From positions 1,912 through 65,911 of the forward strand of contig JANTHO010000006.1 in the NCBI GenBank assembly GCA_024762335.1: 64,000 nucleotides of DNA, given 5' to 3'. This document shows, piece after piece, positions 45,901 through 54,980 of this stretch. The notes beneath the pieces were generated by a model. The model made no database searches and was not told the origin of the DNA. It saw nothing but the letters and a program-made list of their open reading frames with translations. The stretch is from Acidimicrobiia bacterium. Its GTDB lineage: Bacteria; Actinomycetota; Acidimicrobiia; Spongiisociales; UBA5794. The stretch's first letter is position 1, and the number at the start of each line of letters is the position of its first letter. A program made the translations under genes and the position numbers.

Positions 45901-46019
45901 TTACCCGGATCACCGTCATCGGGGACGAGAACATCATTTCAGAGGAGGCGATCGATGATCTCGAAGGCATCGGTATCGGCGGTCTAACCAGCCGGATGTC
46001 GAACTTGCCGCGTCCGTAG
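42981..46019 (+). CDS. Surface protein: N-acetylmuramoyl-L-alanine amidase (Amidase_2/PGRP type) + FG-GAP/VCBS-like repeats + 3 x CWB2
   Basis: RBS CAGGAGGAAG before the ATG at 42981, then an N-terminal hydrophobic segment. Amidase motifs TAIVHHTGGTN ... DIAYNFLIDRFGGIWEGR ... ISGHRDVQATACPG. Five DxDGDG loops (GDFDGDG, ADVDGDG, GDVDGDG, GDFDGDG, GDLDGDG). Three CWB2 modules from about 45083. Confidence 0.9.
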   Translation: MSIRTDRPGLRELLIATLFLPFLLGFTTAGGDSDLTHDTYTLTFTAVDGAGPGAFESAVVESTFTMFGLTWTGIAPEEVWYRASPATGRWSDWTSFDVSSDDLPDPGGNESDYRRSSTDLIYAGPNEQIQFRLSGNVPRDVELVVFDTSGGVDAANSPFVEEPELSLSEMSVPSMPVIRPRTDWDPTNRCPPREIPEEIQVTTAIVHHTGGTNRAYYASEVPNIILGYCLYHRNTLEFDDIAYNFLIDRFGGIWEGRAGGIDKGIRGGHAKGFSSYSTGIVMIGNFEGASPTWAQRAALEHLLAWKLSVHNLDPLGMTNLISMGSYKYDEGVPVTLNTISGHRDVQATACPGIYAYNLLPTFRSDVASVWRPPAVDYYANPVTGDFDGDGAEEGAVYRRTDGTWWVYDGGSSNIALDGPDGQAVDGAIGADVDGDGSDEIVVRSGASVSFLNLSEGALASTGVGSLGSASDWSVDVGDVDGDGHEDAVFVDGSGSVRVLSAGAIAPWGSIGAGHQLSAIGDFDGDGRDDLAGLRSTGAVDVALSNGTGFGSAGVWGDAGPEGGWQYLVAGDLDGDGDDDVAAFRSSTNTWYGLRSNTSLFASMRPIETPTLDHWSEAFPFDYQDDGIVEVVALNAYTGTWHLGRFDGFEPVFTRLEDAPHRTTVVRNESGEGTSYLSWFGQEFSWEETDLGYGVGDEADATRRIFGASRYESAARISRAAFASADVVFVGTGERYPDALTGGSAAVRLDAPMLLTSSVSLPESTRAEIERLHPDRIVLLGGPAAVSTAVEAELAALAPDGVLRIGGTDRYETAAMISRTYFAPSAGTVYVATGLNFPDALAGVPGAGSADAPILLVRTGSVPATTAAEIRRLAPSEIVILGGPVAVSESVAQSLTSYAPTVRRLYGHDRYGTAAAISAEGFASGADIAYIAVGTNFPDAVAAGPAAAHLGGVLLLSRSDTATAQTTGELRRLRVTRITVIGDENIISEEAIDDLEGIGIGGLTSRMSNLPRP

Positions 46020-46025
46020 GCGTAT

Positions 46026-46991
46026 TCAGGGTTCGCGTCGCCGTGAGAATCGCACGATGTCTTCGAAGCCGAAAGCCACTGCAGGTAGCGCGAGAGCGAT
46101 CCAGCCGGTCGCTCGGATGAGTGCTGCAGCGAGTGCCCCGACGGCGGCGGGGATGCCGAACAGAGCAGCCAGCGCAGCAAGTCCTAATTCCTGAATTCCG
46201 AGGTTTCCCGGTGTCAGGACGATGAAACTGCTCGCTTGGAGAAGCGCATAGATGGCGATCGCTTCGCCGATTCCGAGATTCCAGTCGATCACGCCGAACA
46301 CGGCCCGGTACAGCGTCACGACGATGATGATCGTGACGAACCAAACAGCGATGAACCGCAGGATGAGACGGACATCTTGCAGCGCTGTCAATGCGGCGGT
46401 TGCAACGCGCCGTGCCGCATCGATGATCCCCGCCGGCGACTCTCGATCCTGCAGCGGGCGGACGAGGCGCCGGATCGCGAACGGTGCACCTGCGACCACA
46501 CCCGCGGCGAGGATGAGGACGAGTGGTGCTGGAAGACCGAAAATCGTCTGTGACGGCGATTGCACGGCGAGGAACGGGGCGGCGACGGCGAGGCTTGTTG
46601 TGACACTCATGATCACGAAAGCGGCCATCCCCCCACCGAAGTCGGCGATGGCGATACCGAATTCACGTTTCAGTTTGAGCGCTCGATACACGTTCCCGCT
46701 CTGAGGGACGAACGTGTTCAGGAAACGTCCGACGGCGAAGATCTTGAACCAGCGCACCGAAGCGATGCTGACATCGGAGGAGGATTCGATGACGATCTTC
46801 TGCCGTTGGCTTTCAGGCAGCAGGTAGAGGACCTGGAGAACGAGAATGACGATCAGGTCGGTCGGGTCGAGATTCGCGAACGTGTCGAGCGCCGGTCGAT
46901 CCCGGAGGATCACCCAGACGACGAGACCGAGTGTCGTTACGACGATGACACCGGACACCCACCGGGGGACGTGGAAGCCGTCGGTGGTCAC
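46026..46991 (-). CDS. Flippase-like / UPF0104 (lysyl-PG synthase TM-region family) membrane protein
   Basis: Eight hydrophobic segments and the motif FVPQSGNVYRALKLKREFGI. GTGA overlap with the upstream GT4 gene. Confidence 0.8.
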   Translation of the reverse strand: MTTDGFHVPRWVSGVIVVTTLGLVVWVILRDRPALDTFANLDPTDLIVILVLQVLYLLPESQRQKIVIESSSDVSIASVRWFKIFAVGRFLNTFVPQSGNVYRALKLKREFGIAIADFGGGMAAFVIMSVTTSLAVAAPFLAVQSPSQTIFGLPAPLVLILAAGVVAGAPFAIRRLVRPLQDRESPAGIIDAARRVATAALTALQDVRLILRFIAVWFVTIIIVVTLYRAVFGVIDWNLGIGEAIAIYALLQASSFIVLTPGNLGIQELGLAALAALFGIPAAVGALAAALIRATGWIALALPAVAFGFEDIVRFSRRREP

Positions 46992-48076
46992 GATACGGCC
47001 GCAACGCTTCGGAGCACCTCAAGCATGGCCGCTACCGAGTCGTTCCATTCGAACGTGCGCCTGACGAACTCGCGGCCGGCGATACCCATGTGCGATCGAG
47101 CGTCCGGGTCGGATGCAAGGTCGACAACGGCGGCGGCGACGGCGACGGGATCCTGTGGTGGTACGAGACATGCGGTAACTCCGTCGATGCACACCTCCCG
47201 AATACCTCCGACGTCGGTCGAGACCACCGGTATGCCCGTAGCCGAGCCTTCGAGTATCACCACACCGAACGACTCGGGTACGATCGTCATGTTGAGGAGA
47301 ACGTCAAACGTTCGCATCAGTTCGGGAATGTAGCCGTGTTCAACGCGTCCGAGGAAGTCCACAGCCTCCTCGACGCCAAGGCTCGCAGTGAGGGACTCAA
47401 GATTCTGTCTCAAGCTCCCTTCACCGACGATTGTGAGGCGCGCATCCGAACGATGGGCGAGGATGGCTGGCATCGCCCGGATCGCGTATTCGATGCCATA
47501 CCGCTGCTCGAGCGACTTGACGAGTCCGATCGACAAGCCGCCGGGTACCGCCGGTATCTCCGGCGGGTGGAACATCTCCGTATCGACACCGAACGGCACG
47601 ACGGTGACCTCTGCGTCGGGGGCCAGCGTCCGTACCCATCCGGCGAGGTAGTGGCTGGCGACGGTGACGCGATCGGCCTTCGCTAGTGCCATGCGGTTGA
47701 TGGTTCGCAGCGTTCGGCTCTGGGCCACACCGTCGGCAGGGATGATGTCAGATCCCCATGCGGTTATCACGACCGGATTGCTGCCGGCGATTCTTGCGAT
47801 GGTGCCGCTGGTCGAAACGAAGTGCGCGTTCACAACATCCGGATTGCAGCGGGCGACGATGCCTCTGGCCGCTGCCGCCAGTCGGGCGTAGGAGAGCAAC
47901 GACCAGGTCGACGACGGGTCATTGACCCGTCCGAGAGACACCGTGTGCACGGGGATGCCGGGAATCGAGGCACTCCGTATCGAAATGATCTCGACAGGGT
48001 GTCCGGCGTCTCGGTATGCCATCGCCCAGCGCTGAAGGTGCGGCGCCCTTGCGTTTCCGATCAGACAGATGCGCAT
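46988..48076 (-). CDS. Glycosyltransferase family 4 (group 1)
   Basis: MRICLIGNARAPHLQRW ... VPESFGVVILEGSATGIPVVSTDVGGIREV (E-x7-E region). Confidence 0.9.
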   Translation of the reverse strand: MRICLIGNARAPHLQRWAMAYRDAGHPVEIISIRSASIPGIPVHTVSLGRVNDPSSTWSLLSYARLAAAARGIVARCNPDVVNAHFVSTSGTIARIAGSNPVVITAWGSDIIPADGVAQSRTLRTINRMALAKADRVTVASHYLAGWVRTLAPDAEVTVVPFGVDTEMFHPPEIPAVPGGLSIGLVKSLEQRYGIEYAIRAMPAILAHRSDARLTIVGEGSLRQNLESLTASLGVEEAVDFLGRVEHGYIPELMRTFDVLLNMTIVPESFGVVILEGSATGIPVVSTDVGGIREVCIDGVTACLVPPQDPVAVAAAVVDLASDPDARSHMGIAGREFVRRTFEWNDSVAAMLEVLRSVAAVS

Positions 48077-49107
48077 CAGGGCCGTCGGTACGATTCGAAG
48101 TGTTGGAGCATCCAGGTTGTGAGATCGACCTTGTCGCGCAGCAGAGCCTTTCGGGCATCGGCCGCCGACACCTGGGCATCGTCGTCCATGAACCCGATGG
48201 TGGCATCGATGGCAGCATCGAAGTCGGTGGGGTCGAAGTGGCGCACTAGCCCGTAGCGCCGTTCGAGGTCGTCGACGTAGCCGCGACCGGTTACCGCGAT
48301 GTACACCGCTGGTGTCCCAAGGACGGCGGCCTCGGAAGCCATCGTCGCAGAATTGCCGACGACCACGTCGGCGAAAGCCAACAGGTGGTGGATCGAGCGC
48401 GCCGGGCCGTCGTACCGGTACGGCGCGAGGTCGTCGGGTAGAGCGGTCTCGGAGCTGATCAACACGCTCCCCCGATCGACCAGGCGCGAGACGAGAAGGC
48501 GTTTCTGCTCGTCGATGAGAGCGAGCTCTGCCCGGTCATGCGAGGACTGTCCCGAGACGAATCGGATAACTGAGAATGGTGTGGAGATGTCGATGCCGAG
48601 TTGTTTCACGAGCTCAGGATCCGGTGTGAACCGATCGGGGTGGAGATAGGCGAGTTCGTGATAGCTCGGGTAGGTGATGTGGTTGCCTCTCACGGGTGCG
48701 GCGTAGCAGTCGGGTGTGACGACTTCCGTTGCGAGGGGGTAGACGACACGGTTCGTGGTCGTCGCCACTTCGGTGTCGTAAAACACAATGGAAGGGATCC
48801 TCAACAGTCGACCGACCGGAGCGATCGAAACGCCCATGATGCCGATCATCACGTCGGGGCGGAACGTGCGAGCGACACGGCCGAGATGGATGGTGCGACC
48901 CGCCCACTCACGAGTCAGACCCATCGGTCCGGTGGCCTGTGTGGAGATCACCGAGTGTCCGAGTCCGTATTCCTCGAGTAGCTCGACGGTGACGTCCTTG
49001 TCGCGGGCTGTGATGAGCACCTCACTGCCACGGGCGCGTGCCTCCGCGATCAGGTTGCGGAAGACGTGCACGTGGGCGGGGTGGAGAATGTCGACGAGGA
49101 TTCGCAT
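48076..49107 (-). CDS. DUF354-family protein (predicted GT-B glycosyltransferase/epimerase-like)
   Basis: MRILVDILHPAHVHVFRNLIAEARARGSEVLITARDKDVTVELLEEYG is the typical DUF354 N-terminus. Start trimmed to the ATG at 49107. Its stop overlaps the GT4 start by 1 nt (TGATG). Confidence 0.8.
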   Translation of the reverse strand: MRILVDILHPAHVHVFRNLIAEARARGSEVLITARDKDVTVELLEEYGLGHSVISTQATGPMGLTREWAGRTIHLGRVARTFRPDVMIGIMGVSIAPVGRLLRIPSIVFYDTEVATTTNRVVYPLATEVVTPDCYAAPVRGNHITYPSYHELAYLHPDRFTPDPELVKQLGIDISTPFSVIRFVSGQSSHDRAELALIDEQKRLLVSRLVDRGSVLISSETALPDDLAPYRYDGPARSIHHLLAFADVVVGNSATMASEAAVLGTPAVYIAVTGRGYVDDLERRYGLVRHFDPTDFDAAIDATIGFMDDDAQVSAADARKALLRDKVDLTTWMLQHFESYRRP

Positions 49108-49156
49108 GGATTGAAACGACCCTACCAGTGGTCGATTGCCGATCCGAGACGGAAGG

Positions 49157-51349
49157 TCATCGGAACAGCCGCGTGAGTTCGATCTGAGTGTCCGGCGGGA
49201 GCGATGATGCGCGGCTGAGGAGCAGTGGTCCACCGTATCGGGCCGCTACGGCCGCTCCGCTGAGGGCGTCCGGGAAGGCTTGTCCGGTCGCGAGGAATAC
49301 CGGCCGGGCGTTGGAGTCGAAGAACGCGGTTGAGAGACTCGCCGCCGTGGCGTACCGATCCGAGCCGGTGATCCGGTCCACGTTCGGTCCGAGTGCCCTG
49401 ATGGATGCCTCCACGCTGTCCGCGACGGCGTTCGTGCCGCCGACGACGATGACGGACGCGGGGGACAAGCGGATGATCTCGGAGCGAGTCGCCTCCGGTA
49501 GATTCGCGCTTCGTGTCAGCAAGATCGGTGCGGAGAGACTTGCAGCGGCGGGCGCAGCCGCGAGGCCGTCGGGAAATGCCTCGCCGGTTACGACCACAAC
49601 CGACTCGACGCTGGGGGAGAACGCATTCAGCGACACGGCCGCTGCAGTTGCGTATCGATCCGACCCGGCGATGCGGGTGATGTCGGCCCCACTTGCCGTC
49701 GCTGCCTGAGCCTCAACGGATGATTCGATGACGGCTTCACCTCCTACGATCACGATTTCGGACGGAGCGAGCCGGCTGAGTTCTGCAGCTGTAGTCGCCG
49801 GGACATCGGTCCGGGTGACGAGCAAGATCGGTGCATCGTGTAGGGCGGCTACGGGGCCGATCGCGAGCGTGTCGGGAAAGTTCTCACCTGTGACGAGGTA
49901 GACACGATCGGCACCATACGGATTGAATTCCCGGGAGACTGCAACCGCTGTTGCGTACCGATCCGGCCCGGCAAGTCGCGATGGGGCAGAACCGATGATC
50001 ATCGCAGCCTCATTCAGCACCGAACTACTGACCGCCGCCGACCCTCCGAGGATGAACGCCTGATCCGCGATCTCCGGCGGCACCGCGGCGAGGGCAGCTG
50101 CCGCAGCGTCGAGTCGACCGGCGCCGTAGAGCGGGTCCCATCCGGGGGCACCGAGGTCGACGGCGGTGTCGATCAATAGCTCCTTCAAACCGGTGACGGT
50201 GAGAAGAGGATCAACGGAGAGAGCCAAAGCCGCGGCACCGGATACGTGCGGTGCCGCGGAGGAAGTACCGATCTGCTCGACGATACGCCAGCCGAGCGAG
50301 TCGAAACTCTCCTGGAAGATCCCGTCTGGGCGCCCGTTTCCGTCGAGATCTCCGGTGTTGCCCCCGGGCGCCACCAGATCGAGGGCGCTCCCAAAGTTGG
50401 AGTAGACCGCCAGGGTGTCGATGGTGGTCGTTGCCCCGACGGCGAAGGAGGCAGGATTGTTAGCCGGAGAAGAAACGAACCCGATGCCGTCGTTGCCGGC
50501 GGCGACGACGACCAAGACGCCGCGATCGGTGGCGTCGTCGATGGCCGAATCGACTGCAATGTCGGAGCATGTGGGCCAGGTCGACGAACATGCGCGGCCA
50601 AGAGACAGGTTGATGATGTCGGCGCCGTGATCAACAGCCCACTGGATGCCGTTGGCCACCTCGAGAGAGGATCCACTTCCTGCGCTGAGAACCTTGACGG
50701 GCATGATGGAGACGTCGGGTGCGACACCGGCAGCTCCGACGCCGTTATTGGTGCACTGGGCAATCGTGCCGGTGACGTGGGTCCCGTGACCGTGGTCGTC
50801 GAGTACCGAGGCGAGCGTTGTCTCGCCGGTGAAAGCGTTGTAGGGGGCGACGAAGGACCGGCATGTGAGATCGGAACCCCCAAGGGCGATGCCGGAGTCG
50901 AGTACAGCCACCGTCACATCCGTGCCCGTTCCGTGTTCCCATGCACTCTCGACGCCGATTGTTCGAAGATGCCACTGGTCGGGGTATGCAGGGTCATTCG
51001 GTTCGGAAGCCTCCCGATATTCGAACTCCGGTGCCACCTGCATCGGAATCCGGCCAAGTCTGAATCGTTCTTGCAGATCGCCGATCGTCACACCCGGATT
51101 GATCGGCATCCGGGACCACATCTGCGTTTTCCCCTGAGATTCTGGACGGACGAGAACATGCCCCGTCGATGCTCCGGTGAATTCGATTACCGTTTCCGGT
51201 GTCGTTGCTGCAACCGACTGGGCGACGGGCCCGAGCCATACGGCCAAAGCCATGAAGAGCAGCGCCAGTGGTCGGGCATTGGAGATCACGAGTGACCGAC
51301 GCCAAGGGATCATGCCGTGGCAGGCTGATCCAGCGACTTGACTCCTCAC
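49157..51349 (-). CDS. Secreted subtilisin-like serine protease (S8) + 3 x CWB2
   Basis: Catalytic triad contexts VAVLDSGI, HGHGTHVTGTIA and GTSSAAPHVSGAAALA. Three C-terminal CWB2 modules (about 49157-50070). The GTG at 51349 overlaps the upstream stop (GTGA); an alternative ATG lies at 51313. Confidence 0.9.
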   Translation of the reverse strand: MRSQVAGSACHGMIPWRRSLVISNARPLALLFMALAVWLGPVAQSVAATTPETVIEFTGASTGHVLVRPESQGKTQMWSRMPINPGVTIGDLQERFRLGRIPMQVAPEFEYREASEPNDPAYPDQWHLRTIGVESAWEHGTGTDVTVAVLDSGIALGGSDLTCRSFVAPYNAFTGETTLASVLDDHGHGTHVTGTIAQCTNNGVGAAGVAPDVSIMPVKVLSAGSGSSLEVANGIQWAVDHGADIINLSLGRACSSTWPTCSDIAVDSAIDDATDRGVLVVVAAGNDGIGFVSSPANNPASFAVGATTTIDTLAVYSNFGSALDLVAPGGNTGDLDGNGRPDGIFQESFDSLGWRIVEQIGTSSAAPHVSGAAALALSVDPLLTVTGLKELLIDTAVDLGAPGWDPLYGAGRLDAAAAALAAVPPEIADQAFILGGSAAVSSSVLNEAAMIIGSAPSRLAGPDRYATAVAVSREFNPYGADRVYLVTGENFPDTLAIGPVAALHDAPILLVTRTDVPATTAAELSRLAPSEIVIVGGEAVIESSVEAQAATASGADITRIAGSDRYATAAAVSLNAFSPSVESVVVVTGEAFPDGLAAAPAAASLSAPILLTRSANLPEATRSEIIRLSPASVIVVGGTNAVADSVEASIRALGPNVDRITGSDRYATAASLSTAFFDSNARPVFLATGQAFPDALSGAAVAARYGGPLLLSRASSLPPDTQIELTRLFR

Positions 51350-52956
51350 CGTCGATCAGGATGGAGCGGGTTGTAGCTCCACCACCAGTACTGGGTCCTG
51401 GCTGTGCCATCCGCGTAGGCAATGGTCCGGCTGACGCGCACGCTCCCTCCATCCTCGGTCGTGGCGCTACCCGAGAGTCCGGCCGAAACGCGCCGACCGT
51501 CATTCCATCCCCAGAATTGGACGGTGACGGACGTCGCTGTGTGCTTCGTGCGCATCGTGACGGGGGCCGTTGTGTCGTTACGGAATTTCACGTCGGGTCC
51601 GGTCCATCCGAGGGTTGCCTCTCGTCCGAGCGGATAGTGGCTGAACCAGATCGAATGAGGCTTGTGATAGACATCCTCATAGCCACCGAAGAAGATCGCG
51701 TTGTAGAGGGTTGTAGCGAACTGGCTGGTACCGCCGCCGATGTTCGTGGGACTGTCACAACAGTAGATCTCTCCATTGATGATCGCCGGTGCGGCGACAT
51801 AGCCCTTCTCCACCGTGCGTTGTCCGACGTAATCGTTCAGTGAGAACGTTTCGCCGGGCAGCACCGTTGCTCCGTCGGCTGCGTCGGCAATCGTGTGGAT
51901 GTTTGTGACACGTGCCTGCCCAGCCTTGTAGTACGTCGTAAATTCGGAAACCTTCACGATCGGAGTGCAGGGGCGCCCTGTGAAGGAGGTGATCGCTGTC
52001 GCGGTTGCGGTGGGAAGCCCTGCTTCAGAGACCAACAGCATCGGGTTCGCGAGGGCGAGCGGGGTAGCGGCAACCGCATCGGGGAACTTCAGTCCGGTCG
52101 CAATGTAGATCGTGGACGCCGGTGTCGGCAGGGTCTCCGAAGTTGCCGCAGCGGTCGCGTAGCGGTCTCTTCCGGCAAGGCGCGAAACCGGGGCATGCGC
52201 GGATAGGGCGGTCTCCACATTCGGATCGATGGCTGCTGGCCCGCCAAGGATGACGATCTTGCCCGGTTGGAGACGGACGATTTCGGCTTCGGTGGCTGTT
52301 GACAATTGGTTCGGGTCTGTGAGGAGGATCGGACCGCCGGCCATATAGGCAGCCGGACCTCCGACGAGAGCATCGGGGAAGTTGGTGCCGGTCGCAATGT
52401 ACGCGACGTCGACCGGAGTTGCGAACGTCGATGCCGAGATGGCGGCCGCTGTTGCGTCACGGTTTGATCCGGCGATGCGCGTGACCTTGAACTCCGTAGC
52501 CAACTGGGATTCGACAGACGCGGAGATAGCGCCCTCCCCGCCGAGCACGACGACCTGGGTGACGTTGAGGTCCCTCAGCGCCAGGAGTGTTTCGCCCGGA
52601 AGGACCGCCGCTGTCGTGAGTAACAGAGGAGCATCGTTCATCGCGGCAACGGGTCCGGCCGCTACGGCGTCCGGGTACGCGGTGCCGTTCGCCAGATACG
52701 CCGTGGTCGCACCGGATGGAAATGCCTGTCGGGCGATCTGCGCTGCGGTTGCGTAGCGGTTCGGTCCTGCGATCCGAGTGACGGTGCCGTCCGTACACGA
52801 CGCGAGATGCCCTTCGACGGCTTCGGGCACGACGGCGGTCCCCCCGAGAATCACGATGTCCACGTTCGTTTGCGTGTCTTCGGCAAGCGCGGCCGCGGGG
52901 GCCGATAGGCCGCCGAGCATTGCGACAACGAGGAACATGCGGACAAATCGCGACAT
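51346..52956 (-). CDS. Secreted protein: N-terminal 3 x CWB2 + C-terminal VanW-like domain
   Basis: Signal peptide MSRFVRMFLVVAMLGGLSAPAAALA after AGGAAA. Three CWB2 modules. VanW-like LPGETFSLNDYVGQRTVEKGYVAAPAI ... GGGTSQFATTLYNAIFFGGYEDV. Start trimmed from 53322 to 52956. Confidence 0.85.
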   Translation of the reverse strand: MSRFVRMFLVVAMLGGLSAPAAALAEDTQTNVDIVILGGTAVVPEAVEGHLASCTDGTVTRIAGPNRYATAAQIARQAFPSGATTAYLANGTAYPDAVAAGPVAAMNDAPLLLTTAAVLPGETLLALRDLNVTQVVVLGGEGAISASVESQLATEFKVTRIAGSNRDATAAAISASTFATPVDVAYIATGTNFPDALVGGPAAYMAGGPILLTDPNQLSTATEAEIVRLQPGKIVILGGPAAIDPNVETALSAHAPVSRLAGRDRYATAAATSETLPTPASTIYIATGLKFPDAVAATPLALANPMLLVSEAGLPTATATAITSFTGRPCTPIVKVSEFTTYYKAGQARVTNIHTIADAADGATVLPGETFSLNDYVGQRTVEKGYVAAPAIINGEIYCCDSPTNIGGGTSQFATTLYNAIFFGGYEDVYHKPHSIWFSHYPLGREATLGWTGPDVKFRNDTTAPVTMRTKHTATSVTVQFWGWNDGRRVSAGLSGSATTEDGGSVRVSRTIAYADGTARTQYWWWSYNPLHPDRR

Positions 52957-53046
52957 GCGGTAGTTTCCTGATGGTGGGTGGGGCGAGGATAGTGCGATCG
53001 GGCACAATCCTTTAGAACTCAAGATCTGCGGCGAAGGAGCCGAAAC

Positions 53047-54564
53047 ATGACCATGACCGAAAACGCGGGTCGTCGGCTCACATTCGTTCTGATCCTGGTC
53101 GCGCTCGTCATGGCGCTCTTCACGACGGCCGCATCGGCGGAGCCACAGAGCTCCGACTTTTCCGCGTCGTCCGCAGATCTGATCTATCCGATCACGTTTC
53201 CCGTTGTCGGTGATACGTACTACTCGGATACCTTCGGCGCTCCCCGATCCGGAGGAAGAACTCACAAGGGAATCGACATCATGGGCTATGGGTGGAAGGG
53301 ACTGCCCGTAGTTGCCGCTCACGATGGAACGATCACCCTGACGACCGAATCGGCCGGTCGAGACTGCTGCGCGATCTGGGGACTGACAGGCGATGACGGA
53401 TGGTCATCGCTCTACATCCACCTCAACAACGATACACCCGGGACCGACGATGGGAAGGGATGGGGGTTCGCCCCGGGTATCGACGTGGGAGTCCACGTCA
53501 AAGAAGGACAGCTCGTCGGGTGGGTCGGGGACAGCGGCAACGCCGAGTGGGTCAGCCCCCACCTCCACTTCGAGCTCCACAAGGACGGCGTCGCCGTCAA
53601 TCCATACCCCTCGCTCGAGGCAGCGACGAGGATCGACATGCCTCGCGTCGCCGGACACGATCGGTTTGCGACGGCAATCGAGATCTCGATGGATGCTTTT
53701 CCCGATGGGGCCGACGTCGTCTACCTAGCGACGGGCTACAACTTTCCCGATGCTCTCGCAGGTGGCCCCGCAGCGGTGAAGACGGACGGGCCGATTCTTC
53801 TGTCGAGGGTGGAGTCGCTTCCCGCCGAAACGCTGACCGAATTGCGTCGTCTTTCTCCGTCGCGAATCGTGATCCTTGGCGGGGAAGTTGCCCTGGATCG
53901 GTCCGTGGCCGAAGATCTGGCGCCGCTCGGGGCGGAGGTACTGCGCCTGGCCGGTCGGGATCGATATGACACTGCAGCGATGATCTCGGCGATGCATTTC
54001 GAGCCGGGGATCAGAATGGCATTCGTGACAGGCGGCATCGATTTCCCGGCTGCCGTCGCCGGAGCTCCCGCTGCCGCGGCCAATGGCTCGCCTTTGTTGC
54101 TCTCCAGGCCCGATGACCTGCCTTCATATACGCGAGACGAACTGGCACGCCTCCAGCCGGACGTCATCATTGTACTGGGCGACGTCAGCGTTGTCGGAGA
54201 CGCAGTGATGCGGGAACTCAGCCCGTACGCCCGATCGGGGAGGGTTGAACGACTCGCAGGAAGTGATGACTTCGGTACCGCGGTAGCGATCTCTCAGTGG
54301 GCTCACCCCGATGGATCCGCAACGGCCTACCTTGCCACGAGCGGCACATTTGTCGATGCTCTCGCCGGTGTTTCGGTGGCTCTGAGAGACGGAGCGCCGA
54401 TCCTCCTGGTTGATGAAGACCTCCCGTCTGATGTCTCCGCGGAGATCGAACGTCTCGGAGCGGATCGCGTCGTGGCTCTGGGTGGTCCGGCGGCGGTCGT
54501 GCCACGCGTTGCCATGCGGATTTGGAGTCTCTTCAACGGCAACGACATGCCGGTCTGGAAGTAG
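53047..54564 (+). CDS. Secreted M23 (LytM-type) metallopeptidase + 3 x CWB2
   Basis: THKGIDIMG, GWVGDSGNAEWVSPHLHFELH, then three CWB2 modules (about 53640-54540). Divergent from 51346..52956. Confidence 0.9.
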   Translation: MTMTENAGRRLTFVLILVALVMALFTTAASAEPQSSDFSASSADLIYPITFPVVGDTYYSDTFGAPRSGGRTHKGIDIMGYGWKGLPVVAAHDGTITLTTESAGRDCCAIWGLTGDDGWSSLYIHLNNDTPGTDDGKGWGFAPGIDVGVHVKEGQLVGWVGDSGNAEWVSPHLHFELHKDGVAVNPYPSLEAATRIDMPRVAGHDRFATAIEISMDAFPDGADVVYLATGYNFPDALAGGPAAVKTDGPILLSRVESLPAETLTELRRLSPSRIVILGGEVALDRSVAEDLAPLGAEVLRLAGRDRYDTAAMISAMHFEPGIRMAFVTGGIDFPAAVAGAPAAAANGSPLLLSRPDDLPSYTRDELARLQPDVIIVLGDVSVVGDAVMRELSPYARSGRVERLAGSDDFGTAVAISQWAHPDGSATAYLATSGTFVDALAGVSVALRDGAPILLVDEDLPSDVSAEIERLGADRVVALGGPAAVVPRVAMRIWSLFNGNDMPVWK

Positions 54565-54749
54565 CCGGCGAGTTCGGGTCATCTTGACCTGTGGTAACTC
54601 ACGGCGTACGGCGGCGTCAACGGTGATGCCTCAGGTCTCCTTTCAAGCTTCGGACCCGCTGCGGGCTCCTGTGATGCCCCGGGCCGCCCAACCATCGCTC
54701 TGGACCGTCTCGTAGAGGGACGGTCCCGTCCGGACAACGCCATGGTGCC

Positions 54750-54980
54750 TCACCTGTGCTCTTGAAAGGCCACTCCGATGGCTGCGGAGACGTCGTCAAC
54801 GTCTTCGAATCTTGCCGGTGCCGGCACCAGGATCGCGGGAACGGGGATGGTGAGCGTGGCACGACCGTCTGCCCTGCGGATGCGACTCTCACTCGCCGGG
54901 CACTTCTCGCCCAGGCCGCTGTCGGCTGGATGTCTGACAACTGCCACGTCGCCCTCGAGAACCCGTTCTAGCGGATCCAC
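54750..54980 (-). CDS. Small hypothetical ORF (76 aa), weakly supported
   Basis: This is the only frame in the 460-bp gap with G/C-rich third codon positions (about 55 of 76 by my count) and an acidic, non-Arg/Pro-rich composition. GTG start, no recognisable RBS, no recognised motif. Confidence 0.3.
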   Translation of the reverse strand: MDPLERVLEGDVAVVRHPADSGLGEKCPASESRIRRADGRATLTIPVPAILVPAPARFEDVDDVSAAIGVAFQEHR

